Shown one piece after another: positions 24,637 to 38,320 of a stretch of DNA of 64,000 bases. Within the stretch, counting starts at the first letter, position 1, and the number at the start of each line of letters is the position of its first letter. The notes beneath the pieces were generated by a model. That model saw only the letters and a list, made by a program, of their open reading frames with translations, searched no databases and was not told the origin of the DNA. The translations under genes were made by a program, and so were the position numbers. Source of the stretch: Epiperipatus broadwayi (taxonomy: Eukaryota; Animalia; Onychophora); the NCBI GenBank assembly GCA_028023455.1, contig JAQFVV010000010.1, positions 10,478,001-10,542,000 on the forward strand, read 5' to 3'.

Positions 24637-26657
24637 GAAACTAATGCATGATTTTATAAATATGTATTTTATATCATTTATATAGAAATTTTAGCAGATG
24701 TCCTTCAGTTTCATTTTTAATAAATAAATGTTTTATGATTAAATTTTTTATCAAATGTTAATATTTATTTTCTATCTAAGAGTATCCAGGTATTTATTTA
24801 TTAACTATTGTGATATGGCTATTTGAATTGGCTATAGATTAGTTCTTTTTAAAATGTTATGCTTGCTTAAGACTTCAATATCTGCATGAGATCATTTATT
24901 TTATTCATGCACAAGTGTTTAAATACTTTCAGATTTTGTGTGAGCTGATACACAAATTTCTAAAAAAAAATTATTCAGAATAATTAAAATAGCCATTTTT
25001 AAAAATATACAATTAAATTTTTATGTTATTACTATTGAAATATTTTTTTTAGAACAGTAATCCACTCTTTTACTCTACTCCAGAGCCATCTATTCTAAGT
25101 TTAAGTAATCAATGGATACCAAATGAATATTTTTTTTATCAGCGAATAAATTAGCAATTATTGAATATTAAATGTAGATACCTTCAGTTTTTTTTAAATA
25201 CTCATAGAGTCATTAATATTTTTTTTTTAATAAGAAAAGTATATTGTTGCTGCAATCATAAAATGAAATTTAGAGATATGAAAATTATTTTTAATAGTAA
25301 AGAAATTTTTACTACCAATAAGTTAAAATAAATAATAATCTTGAATTGTTAGTTTAGTAGTTGCATGCTGCTTGCAAGCTGAAGATCTCAAATTAGATCA
25401 AATGAAGACAATAAAATATGAATTTTTAAGTTTTTTTTTCATGTTTATTATAGTTTTCTTCCTAGAATTTTTACTGAACAGGAAGAACCTCGGAAAATTA
25501 ATATGTATGAATGATATTTAGTATCACATGATAATTGGTATTAAGAAGAAAGTGTGAAGCTCTCTATAAATATATTTTTTTAAATATGATTAATGTGTAA
25601 TAAAGTCTAGAAATAAAAATAAACAATGAAGTAGATATTTTAAGTTATACAGCAAAAATTTTGATATTTTCAGAAAATTAAGAAGGAAAAAAAAAAAATT
25701 AACAATTAATGAAATGTTCATTTGTAGTATTTTTGAAGGAAAAAAAATTTTGCTTATATAATGTTATATACTGACCACGGAATATGGAATATTTAGAATT
25801 GACTGTACAGTTAATTTTAAAAACTCACTGTAATATAATGGGTAGATGAGTTATACATATAATAAAATGAAAAAAATTATTGGATAATTTACTATTATTT
25901 ATAGATTAAAATGTTAGATTTATATATGCTGCGTTATTAATTATTATTTGTAGTTTATTTTCTAATTTTCACTATTATTAATTCGTAAATCAATTTTTTT
26001 TACTACTGTTTAATAAACTATATTTATAAGTGTGCATATATAGAGAATAGAAAACTATTCAAATTCTCATCACATGTCAACTAGCAAGCTGATTCTCTAA
26101 ATATTTCTTCATGAGATGTTTTATTTATTTATATGTATGTGTGTGTATGTATGTAACCTTCAGTCTTGACAAATAAACCAAACATTGTAGATGAACATTT
26201 TAGCATCTCCCCTCTATTAGACTAATCAACCAAAGTGAAATAAGCATTTGCACTAGCTACTTTGATTGCATATAATGATTAGTAAATCTAGCAAGTTTTT
26301 CAAACAAGGGAGAATCCATTACTTACTCATTTTACAGCCCATGTAAGTGAAGAATTTCAAGTCAGTTATTTTTAATATAATAAATAAAATTATTAAGTAA
26401 TAAATTCACCTATGAAAATTTGGATTAGGCTGTATAAAAATGAGACTATGTTTACATCTGGATTGTAATGGCTTTACTCTTCTTTGAAAAACTTGCTAGA
26501 GTTGCTACTTCTTATATATATATATATTCAGGATAGTTAATGCAAATGATCATTTTGCATTGGCTGAGCATTCTAGTAAAGTGATATAGTTGAAATGTGT
26601 ATCAATTGTATTTGGTTTATTATTCAAGACTGGAAGTTACATATAAAATTGTAATTA

Positions 26658-27350
26658 CAAAAAAAAAAATCAAGTCAGATGTCACATGATTTAATAAGCT
26701 TGTATTTACAAATGTTATATATAGAGCTCACAAATAAGCTCTTAACAAGCTTTGAGAATATCCTGAACCCCAGACCAGTTTCTGCTTCTGACGTCGTCAG
26801 TGAAGTTCCAGGATATTCAAGCATTAGATTAAAAATATCAGGACAAGCCCAGCACTTTACCTAATGTATAACTATTGAGTAGAAAATCTGAAACTGTCAG
26901 ACATCATCCATATGTCTTCCAATCTAGCTATCTAACTCAAATAGCATATGGGACTGAATTAAGTTCAGGTACACTATATATTAATAGCTTTAGCAATATA
27001 AAATTCAAAGTCTTAATAGCAAAAAATAAAATGACAAAAAAAAAATCAAGTCAGATGTCACATGACTTAACTTAATAAGCTTGTATTTACAAATGTTAGT
27101 TCAGTCCCATATGGCTATTTGAGTTAGATAGCTGGATTGGAAGACATATGAATGTCTGATAGTTTCAGATTTTCAATTCAATAGTTATACATTAGATAAA
27201 GTGCTGAACTTGTCCTGATATTTTTAATCTAATGCTTGATTATCCTAGCACCTCACTAACAATGCCAGAAGCAGAAACTGGTCTGGGGTTGAGGATATTC
27301 TCAAAGCTTGTTAAGAGCTTATTTTGCAAGCTCTATATATAACATTTATA
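26658..27350. mobile_element. HHR family 2 insertion (376-nt monomer, partial tandem plus inversion)
   Basis: caagtcagatgtcacatga at 26671 and 27047. Inverted copy at about 27099-27347. Cores at 26773-26800 (-) and 27256-27283 (+). ttgtaatta flanks both ends. Confidence 0.8.
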
Positions 27351-28099
27351 AAAGTTGTAATTAATGGAGTATTTATTATATATATACAGTATATAGAAAC
27401 AGGCGAGAGAGAACATAGATAGAAATATTTATGGTAGACCAAAGATCTCTGCTATTTTTATGTCTGTCATTAAACATCAAAAAAAAAATTCTAAAAGTGA
27501 TCAATTATAATCACAAAAAGAATGCTAAATTCTCTCATATAAAAACTTATATCTATAAAATATATATTTTCTTTGTTTCATTGATTCTCAGGTTTCAGAA
27601 TTCATTAACAATGATCAAAAAGGTGATTATTACTTACTGAGATGTAAGAAATAATATTTATTGTGCAAAGTTTTGGATTTCTTTTTGCTAAATTGAAAGT
27701 AGAGAATATCTTTATAATCAGTCAGTACCAGATGTTTTCTAAATAATAAATCATAAACTTATGCATTTAAGTTGCGATTGTTTTTTCTGTCCTGTATAAG
27801 TTTGTAAAAAAAACACTATCAATTGCATTCTATCAGATATGATAGAAGAACCATGGTCTTAAATGTATTTTATGCTTATTTGATGATACTTTGCGTAATT
27901 TTTTTTTTTTTTTAAATCATTTATCAAAATGTTATGCAAACATGAATCATTATAGACAATTTCTCAAATTAATTTTATGAAGTCAATTAATTTATTTTAG
28001 AAAATTGCATATTTTTTTGGTTCTATGACATGTTTAATGATACTGAATGAAATGTAGAATATGTTTGCAGTAGTAAAGGATTTTCCCTTAATGTATAAG

Positions 28100-28176
28100 A
28101 TTATGCTGGGAAGGTGAAAGTTTCCAATTCAGTTTTGACTGGTTCTATCTGTCATATTATCACAGAGCTGCCTCAA
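28100..28176 (+). CDS. UTP25: UTP25/DIEXF coding exon
   Basis: YAGKVKVSNSVLTGSICHIITELPQ; aag/gtaagt; phase consistent. Confidence 0.9.
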
Positions 28177-29179
28177 GTAAGTACATTTCAGTTTTATTAC
28201 ATATTTTGTAAACATAAATGAATGGGTAACATTTTCAAAAAGAAATCTCTTTTTGAGGAAATTTGCTGTCCCTAATAATATCTTTATCAGCATTATACAA
28301 ATTAATTTTTTTTCTGTTTTTTTTTTTTTGTTGTTGTTGTTGTTTGTTCATTCTTTAAAAAAATGTATATTAGTTATGCTTTTAGTAATGAAGATGTTAT
28401 TAGAGATATATTAGATCAATTGTAATGGAAAAAGTAAAGGGAAGTAGAAATAGAAATAATATGTTAAATCTAAAATGAGACGTTTGTTTATTAAAAATCT
28501 TATGATTTGTGTCTCGACAACTGGAATTTTTAAAATTGAATTGTTATACATAATATAGATCTAAATAAATTAAAATAATTATAAATGAAATATGTATTAT
28601 ATTTATCATAACTTATCAGCAAACAAAATATTCTCATATCTCTTCTCTAAATTTTCCATCGTTTGATAATTTCTTCAATTATTTATTATTCTTCATTAAA
28701 TAATCTATGTTATCTTGGTTTTGTATTCTTTTATATTCTTCATCCATCATACTTATAGTTTTTTTTCAGCTACACATTTTAATATTTTTGAATTTCTAAC
28801 CTTATTTATATAATTTTTATATCTCATAAGTCTTAGATCTCTTTTTTCTTACTTACAAGTTTTTTTTTTACTTATAAAACTAATTACAAACAAAACATTT
28901 TTAATCCCCAGTTTTATATATAATAATTTAATATTTTTCTATTAAAAGTTTAGTTAGTTATTGAAATTCTTATTGTGAAATCTTTCTTAATACCATTTAT
29001 CATTTTGTAACCCATTTACACAGCTACTTGTTCAACTATTATATGATTTATTTATTTTTTTAGTTTTATTCATGTTTATTTTCATCTCTAATTTACTATA
29101 AACATTTTAGTACAAATATTATCACATCTGGTATAATCTCATTTTCTAATGCCAACTCTATTTTTATAAAACAATATTC

Positions 29180-31904
29180 GGTTCTCATCTGATCCTTTGT
29201 GTCAGCCGTGGGTGGCGCGATTTCTAACCAAAAACACATTAATATAACATTCCCGGGCTAGCGATTTTCTATTAATATTGACTTTTTTTTTGTTTTGTTT
29301 GTTTATAAAGTTTACTTTCTTTCATTTTTGAATTATTTTTCCCAAATAATATTTTTGACGATGGGATAATAGTAGTTGTTTTTTGTTAATTTTTATTAAC
29401 AAGAGGGTCTTTTTCGGTGTGTGTTCAAATAGCAATTTGTGTTTTTTTTTTAAATAGTATTACTGTTTTTGTAAAATTGGATTGACAAAATTCAAGAGAG
29501 AACGGGTTTTTTTTTATGGATCTTTAAATAATAATTGACGTTACTTTGATAGGTTTACATTTGATTGCCGACAACAATTAGTGGGAGGGGTGTTTTTGTG
29601 TACGATTAAATAATAATTTATGTTACTTTTATAGGTTTACATTTGATTGCCAACAACAATTATTGGGAGAAGTGTTTTTTTTTTTCGTGTGTGTGTGCGT
29701 GTGTGTGTATGCTTAAATAAAAATTAAAACCGTTACTTTTATCGGTTTACATTTGATTGACAACCAATTTGACTCCCTTTCATTTATAAATTATGGTTTT
29801 GGTTCTACAAATAAATATTTTTGACAATGGGACAATAATAGTTGTTGTTTGTTTAATTTTTTATTGACAAGAGGGTGTTTTTTTGTGTAGGTTCAAATAG
29901 TAATTTGGGTTACATTTAAATAATAAGTTACGGTCTTACTTTGATCGGTTTACATTTGATTGCCGGCACTAATTATTGGGAGAACGGGTGTAACCGTTTA
30001 AAGAATAGTAGTTTACGTTACTTTTAGTGGTGGTGTCCATTTGATTGCTGACAATTATTAGTGAGAGGGGTGGGTGTTTTTGGGTGATGATTAAATACTA
30101 ATTTACCTTTCTTTTATTTTACATTTGATTGCCGACAACAATTATTGGGAGAAAGGGGTTGTTTTTTTTTTTGTGTACGTTTAAATCAAAATTGAAGTTA
30201 CTTTTATCGGTTATATTTGATTTACAACCGATTTGACTTTTTTTTTTTTCGTTTATAAATTATGGTTTTGTTTTGCCCAAAACCTAATATTTTTGACAAT
30301 GGGACAATAATAGTTGTTGTTTCTTTCATTTTTATTGACAAGAGTGGATCTTTTATTGGTGTATGTTCAAATAGTAATTTGGGTTACGTTTAAAAAATAA
30401 TCGGTTTACCTTACTTTTAGTGCTTTACATTTGATTGCCGACAACAATTAGTGGAAGGGGTGTTTTTGTGTATGATTAAAGAATAATTGTACGTTACTTT
30501 TATTTTTTACTTTTGATTGCCGACAACAATTATTGGGAAAAGGGGTTTTGTGTTTTTTTTTTTGTTTGTGTGTATGTTTAAATCAAAATTTAAATGACTT
30601 TTATCGGTTACCATTTGATTGAAAACCGATTTGACTTTTTTTTTTTTTTTTTCATTTATAAATTATTTGGGTTTTCCCAAATAATATTCGGTTTGACAAT
30701 GGGACAATAATAGTTGTTGTTTCTTTAATTTTGATTGACAAGAACTGGTCTTTTTCAGGGTATGTTCAAATAGTAATTTGTGTTACGTTTAACTAATAAT
30801 TTAAGGTCTTACTTTGATTGGTTTACATTTAATTGCCAATGACAATTAGTGGGAGGGGTTTTTTTCTATACGATTAAAGAATAATTGGTGTTCCTTTTAT
30901 TTGACCGTTTGATTGCCGACGACAACAATTATTGGGAGAAGAGGGATTTTTTATGTTTAAATAAAAATTTTAGTTACTTCTTTTATTTTACATTTGATTG
31001 CCGATGACAACATTTATCAGGAGAAGAAGGGATGTACGTTTAAATAAAAATTGAAGTTACTTCTTTTATTTTTGACATTTGACGAAGGCCATTTGGAATC
31101 CCTCAAACAAGCTTGCCTTTACGAAGTGAACATTTTCGTCGGCCACAACGAGACTTACAAATGAAAGTCGAAAGATGTTTTTGGACCTCAAATCTGCATA
31201 TATTTGCCACACAATCCAATCTTTTCATTCAGCAGCAGAATGTTTTTTTTTTTTTCTGCTGTAGAAATATTCCAGCACCGGCTTCCGTGTCTGGCAATTC
31301 CCATCTTTTCAAGTTTTCTGTTGTTTGAATTAGCCATCTTCTTGGTCTCGGAAAATTTCTCGCTAAAACATGACTCAAAGCATGATCGTTTAAAAATTTT
31401 ACGCTACCCCACCCTAATCGAGAATTCAGGAGGCTTATAGCTTTATGAGGAACAATCACGACACTGTTTAAATTGTTAAAAGGTAACAGTACATCAATTC
31501 ATCTTAAAAAAAAAGGCCCCGATGAAAATTTAAATACTTTTGACACGATCAAATTAACACACCCTCATACGATATTGTTACATAAAATACATAACACAGC
31601 ATTACGATATAGTGCGTGACACAAACAACTTCGGCATTTTCCTCTGCTTTTAGCATCGGAAAAAGCCACACCGTTAGCCGCTAAGCCGAGTTAACACTCT
31701 TTCTAGATTTTATCGCAGAAAGAAGACTTGACTTCGAGTTAACACTCTACTTTTAATGTAGCAACAAGACTTAACTCCGAGTTAACAATCTTTCTAGGAT
31801 TTATTTTAGAAAGGCTTGGGTGCGGCCGCGGAAATGGCATATTTCTAGAGATTTAGCTAGAAATAGCGCCACCCGCAGCTGACACGAAGGATCAGATGAG
31901 AACC
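29180..31904 (-). mobile_element. Non-autonomous Merlin element, family 2, with internal tandem array
   Basis: 47-bp TIRs (29180-29226 and 31858-31904, 43/47 identical) starting GG; perfect 8-bp TSD CAATATTC at 29172-29179 and 31905-31912; decayed N-terminal transposase remnant (CGRRKCSLRKG, then SLFEG after a frameshift) at about 31085-31400. Confidence 0.88.
29340..31080. repeat. Hierarchical tandem array inside Merlin-2
   Basis: ttgac(a/g)atggga at 29355, 29821, 30293 and 30693 (periods 466, 472, 400); each unit is built of roughly 65-120-nt subrepeats containing tttacatttgattgccgacaacaatta. Confidence 0.85.
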
Positions 31905-33957
31905 CAATATTCTTTAAGCCTGTCATCTAAAAAATGTTAAACAATACTTGTATAAATAAAATAATCCTGCTTTATTTTTCTACATATTTTAATCTTTTTT
32001 AATAGATTGTTTAGTTTTAGAAATTTTTGTTCTTTTATTCAGCTTCCTAGTGATTTTCTAATCTTTTTTATAATATCTATCAAAATAAATCAATTAAATG
32101 TTTTGTTTTAAATATCTCTCAATAATAATTTTTATAACTACAATTTATTGACCTTTTAATCTTTCCAAATTTTAAAAAAAAAACAAAAAACAAATTTAAC
32201 ATTATCAAGGAATAATTGTTTGTGAAATTAAATTTTCACACTTCATTCCACTAAATGTTTTATTCTTTTATTAGTATCACCTGCGTAAATTCTCTGTTCA
32301 CTCAATTGAGATTTAAATTGCAGTTCAAACTTTTCAACATTTCAAATGTGTGCGAAATCGTGTTCCAAATTCTCATTTTATATATATATATATTTTTTTT
32401 TTTCTGGTAGAATCGACTTTGGCATTAAAATGTACTGGCAATATTTGAATAACAAATTACATTACAAATTTCACCTATTTTTATAATCTCCTTTTTTTCT
32501 GATTTATGTATTTCAGTTTGGATGTCATTTAACAAATCTGATTGAATCGACATGATCGTTAGAATAAGGCTTGCCAATAAAAATGTACAGCAGCAATAAA
32601 GGATGGAGATGAGGTTGATTTGTTATATCACTAAATGAAAAAAAAATCTAATGTTGGAAAAAGTTAAATTAAGCCTTTGGGTGATATTACACTCAGGGGG
32701 AAGTTGAGATGAATCTGAAGTAAATTAGGGAATTAATAGGATTAATTCTAGAAGTTTCCCATTAAAAAAAGGAATGAAAGAAATAATATGAAGAAATTGA
32801 ATCTTTATATTATTAATGCTCAGAAAAGAGATAAATGGAGAGGAGATATTTGAGGGGAACTTGGCTAAACTAAGTAAACTCGAAAAGACCGCTAAAATTT
32901 TCAATATCTTTTTCAGTTAAAACACATCATGTTATTATCTTGATCCTATAGATCTTTGATAAAAAAAATTTTATCTTTTTTCAATGTCTTAATCTTTTTC
33001 ATAGTTAAGTTAATCATTTGTTGCTTCAGTAATTGCTTTGCTTTATTAAGTTTATATTTCTGGCTAAATTTATTCCTCTGAATTCTAACTTAATCTTACT
33101 TTTTCAAACTTCATAGTTTTATATATATTTTTATATTGATCATTGTTTAGGCTTCTTCATTTTTTTCTATCCAGCACTTTCGTTAATATTTGTATGCGTT
33201 AATATTTTTGACATTGGCTTGGACTTCTTCAGAAATTCATGAACATTTAGCAAATATCTTTATTTAAAATAATGTCTTAAAAGTTTATTCTGCAATATTA
33301 TAAATGCTGAGAAATAATGCTAATTTATTTTTATTAAGGGTTGAATTTCCTACAATCTTTATTATGCTAAGTATTTAATAATTGCTACCAATATAGATAA
33401 CAGAACGTTTTTTATGGAGAAGATAATGGGCCTGAATACTGCAATTATGCATGAAGAAGATTACTTCAGTTCGACTTTGCTTTATAACAACTATTTGAAT
33501 TTTATTAATTATCTAACTAGGATTTCTAAGGCCTTTATTTTTTATTTTCAAAACTATAACAAAATCTATGTTGCATTCTCCTTTAGTTTTTTAAAAAAAT
33601 TACATCTATATTTTATTGAAATTTATAATTTAATCTCTTACTTCGTTCCTGATTTTTTGAGAATTTTTTTTCTAATATTTTATTTTAATTATTAATAGTT
33701 CTTTTTTTTTTTTTTTTTTTACTATTATTCATTAAAATATGTTTTATTATTATTTTTATTTATTCTTAAATGGTTCTTTAGTGAGCCAATAACATTAATC
33801 AATGTCTCCAAATATACACATAGTGATTAAAATAAAAAAATAATGCTGTTAGCATCAATATTATTGTGTTTCTATTACTTTGAAAATTACATTGCATTTC
33901 TTTTTTTCCCCTGGTTTTTTTTTTTATTTTTAGAAGAAATAATTTTTATATTTTCAG

Positions 33958-34029
33958 ATTTTTCAAAAATTTTTATGTCAAAGTGTTCAAGATCTTCCGG
34001 ATAATCGGTTTGATTATTTTATTAAAAAG
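33958..34029 (+). CDS. UTP25: UTP25/DIEXF coding exon with GC donor
   Basis: IFQKFLCQSVQDLPDNRFDYFIKK followed by AAG|gcaagt; the next exon starts in phase 0 with ILPQY. Confidence 0.88.
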
Positions 34030-35099
34030 GCAAGTAATAATTTTTACTTATTTGTTTAGCAAGAATTAAAGATATACTAATATCATATGAATTTGTCAGC
34101 TTATATGCCTCTAAAAGCTTTTCTCTTCACTCTTTTCTAGAGTCATCTACTAGCTCCAATAATCCACATCTGCAGACTAATTTTTATCTTCGTCTATAAG
34201 AACTTAAAAATATAAAGAGAGAACTAATTCAGTTACACATAGTAATACTCGCAATCATTTTTTAACTCCTTTATAGTATTCATGTTAGTAACTTGAAATT
34301 TAATAAGATTTAATATTTTGGAATTTTTAGCTAAGTCGCTCATATTATTATATAGTGTACATGTTTCATAATTTTTTAAGAAAAATTATGGTTAGTTTAA
34401 GATTTTAAAACAAAAATTTTAAAAAATGAAAATACTGTGGAATCATTTATTAGTAAATGATTGGATTAAATTTTACCAAAGAAATAAGTAAAGTTTTAAT
34501 AAATGGGAAATATTAGTACTAAAATGTTTAAAGAGTTTTTTTTAAAGAAACGCAAATCACCAAAAAATAAAGCATTTTGTCATCTTGTTATTTAGAAGAA
34601 AAAAAATATAAGAATTTTAATAGTTAAAGAGCGATTAGGAAGGGCGGGGGAATTAATTCTAAGTGAGAAATGAAAATAGCTCTCTCTTTTTATAAATTTA
34701 AAAAAAAATGTAAAAATGAAAATTGAATTAAAATGTGAAAAGAAAACTTGTAAACTTAAATCCACTTAAAGATTGCTTGGCTGATAAATAGAAGAAAGGG
34801 AATAATAATAATTACATTAAGTGAAAAAACAAATGAAAAGGATTCAAGACTGTCTTATCAGAATGCTAGATTAATCTATGCAAAAATACAGATTAAAGTG
34901 TAATGGAAAATTGATTAATAAAATTGTAAATTAATTAAATCAGATTGGAGTGATAAATAGAAAAACAGTAAAGAGGAAACGTATAAAAGGACCGAAAATC
35001 TATTCGTAATTATTAAGATTAACATTATAATACCGTCATATTCGTTATTGCTATCATGTAAGAGTTTCCAAAGAAGAGAAGACGGCAAAAGCCATTGAC

Positions 35100-35480
35100 G
35101 TCTTCAGCATGTGAGCGTGTGTATTTACATGTACCGAAGAACCACCTAGCATCATGCTGTGCTGAACAGTTGTAGTCTTCAGTCCTGGTTCTCTAGAATA
35201 GCAGTTCTTCATCTAGAAATCATGCCCACCTTATGATCTGAACATTCAAAGAATATCTTTCTCAGGAACATGGAAAGTCAGCAAGGAGCAAAACTATTAA
35301 TGGAGTCCAAAATCTAATCGGTTGATGATCAATATAGCAGGAGAAAGTGAGGAGTCGTGTCTCTCGAAGTGTAAAGTGCAATCAGCCAAAAATCCTAGGT
35401 AACTAGAACTTTATTATTCCCACTTATAAAACTGAATCGTGTTCGAAGAAAAGACTTTGTTGAACTCTAATAGTCACAGC
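35100..35480 (-). mobile_element. Possible decayed non-LTR retroelement RT C-terminal fragment
   Basis: SYLGFLADCTLHFERH resembles the KYLGxxLDxxLxFxxH motif; otherwise riddled with stops. Confidence 0.3.
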
Positions 35481-36566
35481 CATAGCAATCTTTAAGTATC
35501 TTCCATAAGTTATTACAAAAAGTTAAACCTTAATATGTATGTGAGTATTTAAATTTTCTCATAATGTATTTTAAATATGTGCAAAACTTTACATTGATTA
35601 CTGAATTCTTATCATAATACATTTTAATGTGTTTATGCATGTTTAAATTTATAATATTCTTTATTATCATATATTTTAACTAGAAGTGTGTTAAATAAAT
35701 TTATAATGTTTTTTTTTTATTACAATACTCTTTATTATCATACCTTTTAATTAGAAGAGCTAATAAGTAAATCGTTTGTTTTCTAATTATTGTTTGGTCA
35801 ATTCTCTTTTATAATTGCACCACTAATAGGTAATTTATAGTTAAATATAAGCATTAAGCAGGCTTTGTTTTCCCACAATTAAATAAAAGAGCTAACTTGG
35901 GATACTTCAAGTGCTAAATTGTGTATCTATCTTCTAGGCATGCTGATTATAACTTATGATTAGCTGGCGCCTGGGGTTTTATCTTGAAACAAAAAAAATG
36001 CTTTGTATGGCAGGGGTTTGAATTCAGCAATACAGTCTGGAAATGTGGCCGCAGGTTATACTTTGTATAGCCTCGGTCTGGTTGAAGGGGCCATTGCTCT
36101 CATCTACCTTCGGTATTAGACTTCTCCACTTGAAGGGACAGTTTGCTGCAGTAGTGAAAGTGCAGCCCGAGTAGATCGAGATTCTTTTTAATTTATATAA
36201 TCAGAGTGATCATCTCCCACCCGGTTCAATAGATCTGACACAGGTCAGTTTCTATATATACTTTTATTATTTAATAAATGTTAAAACATTTAACAACAGA
36301 ATAGGTTTGGTTTATAATAAAGAAATTTATTTTAAAGTTTAAGCACTTTCAATATGAATAGTATCGTAATTATAGCATTATATAATAAAAGATAGTTGAT
36401 ATCTTGTTTTAAAGTCAATAGTATATTATAGGATGAATTTGCATAAAGTTGAATTTTTGGAAGAAAATTTACCATCTAATGACAGAAAAGGCAGCTAGTT
36501 AAAAGTGCCATTTTTTAGAAAGAGGGGTCATAGTGTCTTTTTTGGTTATTGTGTGCATATCTTTAG

Positions 36567-36830
36567 CTATTGATCCACTTCCTTCACTTTTCTTTTTCTG
36601 TCATTTTTCTCAGAGCAAATGATATCAGCCCTAGAGAGATCAAAATTATGGCCAGATTGCAAATCATGATCCAAGAAAATGGAAGAGTATTCACTACTTT
36701 TCTTAACCTGGTTGTATAGATACTTGTTCTGGGCAAGTCTTATGGGATAAGTTAGCTCTTGTTTGTCCATAGTAAGCCTTTAAGTAATTCGACCCTTTGC
36801 AATTAATTTTGTATACAACTTGGCTTTAAA
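36567..36830 (-). pseudogene. Fragment of a second, diverged PLE GIY-YIG domain
   Basis: VVYKINCKGSNYLKAYYGQTRA, then after a frameshift IRLAQNKYLY...IFLDHDLQSGHNFDLSRADIICSEKNDRKRKVKE; aligns by eye to the endonuclease at 5877-6197. Confidence 0.75.
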
Positions 36831-37577
36831 ATAAATTTCTTTATTATAAGTTTTCAGCTGTTAAATGTTTCAACATTTACTAATTAATTATAGCTAGTGC
36901 AGAAAAGCAGGTTACAAACTTCTATAATATTTCTATGTCAACTGTTAAGGTCTTTCTACCTTTTGGCTAGAAATGTTCTAAAGCATGGTCATAAAAACTA
37001 TTGTTGGAAGCATTTAAGTAAGATGAGAAGGATATGTGATATTGATGATAATAATCTTCCACGCCATAAAATAGAAGAGATCTATAGTTAGCATAACAAT
37101 GAACTCACTAAAAAATACAGAGAAAATAATTGGTATCATAATACCTAACTATAGAAGCTTATTTAGATCAAAAACGTTAGGACTTTTTTTAAGTTCAATA
37201 TATTAGCTTGAATAATATAAAGGAATAAAAGATAGCTGCTAGATGCAAGAGTACATTAGCGCCAGCTTTGAATCCTAAATACTTATTGATAAAGGCAAAA
37301 GCGAAAAACCCATCTGGGAATAAAAGTAGCATTATACTATCTAATTTTCAATGATTACTTGAGCTTGCAGTAGATGACTAGAGTACATGCTATGTCCCAA
37401 TAAAAACATAATTGGTGATTGGTTCTCTTTTCAAGATTTTGGCAGCACCATCTCTGACTCAACACATGTTACAATTTAGTTATTCACAGAAGCTTTAAGA
37501 CTCTAACATGTCTGGATCATGAATTATGATATAAAATGTTGACTTATGTTTCATACCTTAAGAGCAACACACTGATT

Positions 37578-37721
37578 ATTAAATTTTATTTTAAATTGGG
37601 CAAAACTGCTACTGAAATATTTGAAATGATTGAGATTGTATATGGCAGTGAATGCGTGAGTTGCAAAAATGTTTTCAAATAGTTTGCAAGATTTTATAAT
37701 GACAGGGAAAACCTTGAAGAT
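37578..37721 (+). pseudogene. mariner transposase N-terminal HTH fragment
   Basis: IKFYFKLGKTATEIFEMIEIVYGSECVSCKNVFK*FARFYNDRENLED resembles the mariner N-terminus. Confidence 0.7.
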
Positions 37722-38195
37722 ATCAATGAGATATGAAATATACTGTCATATTTTATGTTATAATTTGTGACCCATACGTGGATAGCATCTTAAAATTTTT
37801 TTGGTAAATAGCTAAGCTATGTCGTACTATAACACATGCACCGATTCAGAGGTGATGATGCAGATATCTTGGAATGAGAGTCAATCACTTTTTCATTGGA
37901 AAATACTATTTTAGAATCAAGAATTTGCTGCTACAATATTACTAATATTATTAAATGTTCTAATATATTGTTGCAAATCTTGGCAGTTTTGTGTTTACAT
38001 TATTCATTCTTTTATCAGAATATATACAGTATAAGAATTGTTGTTTTTTTAATTATTTCCAAAGCTTTGTAGACTTTATTTTTTTTATAAAAATAAGTCA
38101 TAAATAATATATTTTTATATTTTGTTTAAATCAATTATAAATTAACTTTAGATGTAATGATATTTAGATAATTGCCCCTTTTTTTTAACTTCCAG

Positions 38196-38320
38196 ATTCT
38201 TCCTCAGTATAAAGATCCCACCATGTACAGCACTTTCATCTTTGTTTCTTCATATGTTGATTTTGTTCGGCTCAGAAATTATTTCAAGAGTGAAATTCTT
38301 AGTTATACTCAAGCTTGTGA
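38196..38320 (+). CDS. UTP25: UTP25/DIEXF coding exon
   Basis: ILPQYKDPTMYSTFIFVSSYVDFVRLRNYFKSEILSYTQACE; ccag/gtaagt. Confidence 0.95.

Noticed and set aside
26270-26510. MITE suggested by a degenerate inverted repeat
   Set aside because: The arms are too diverged to define termini or a TSD by eye.
29340-31080. CRISPR-like array (also considered for 41486-41606)
   Set aside because: Eukaryotic context, no unique spacers and no cas genes; these are ordinary tandem repeats.
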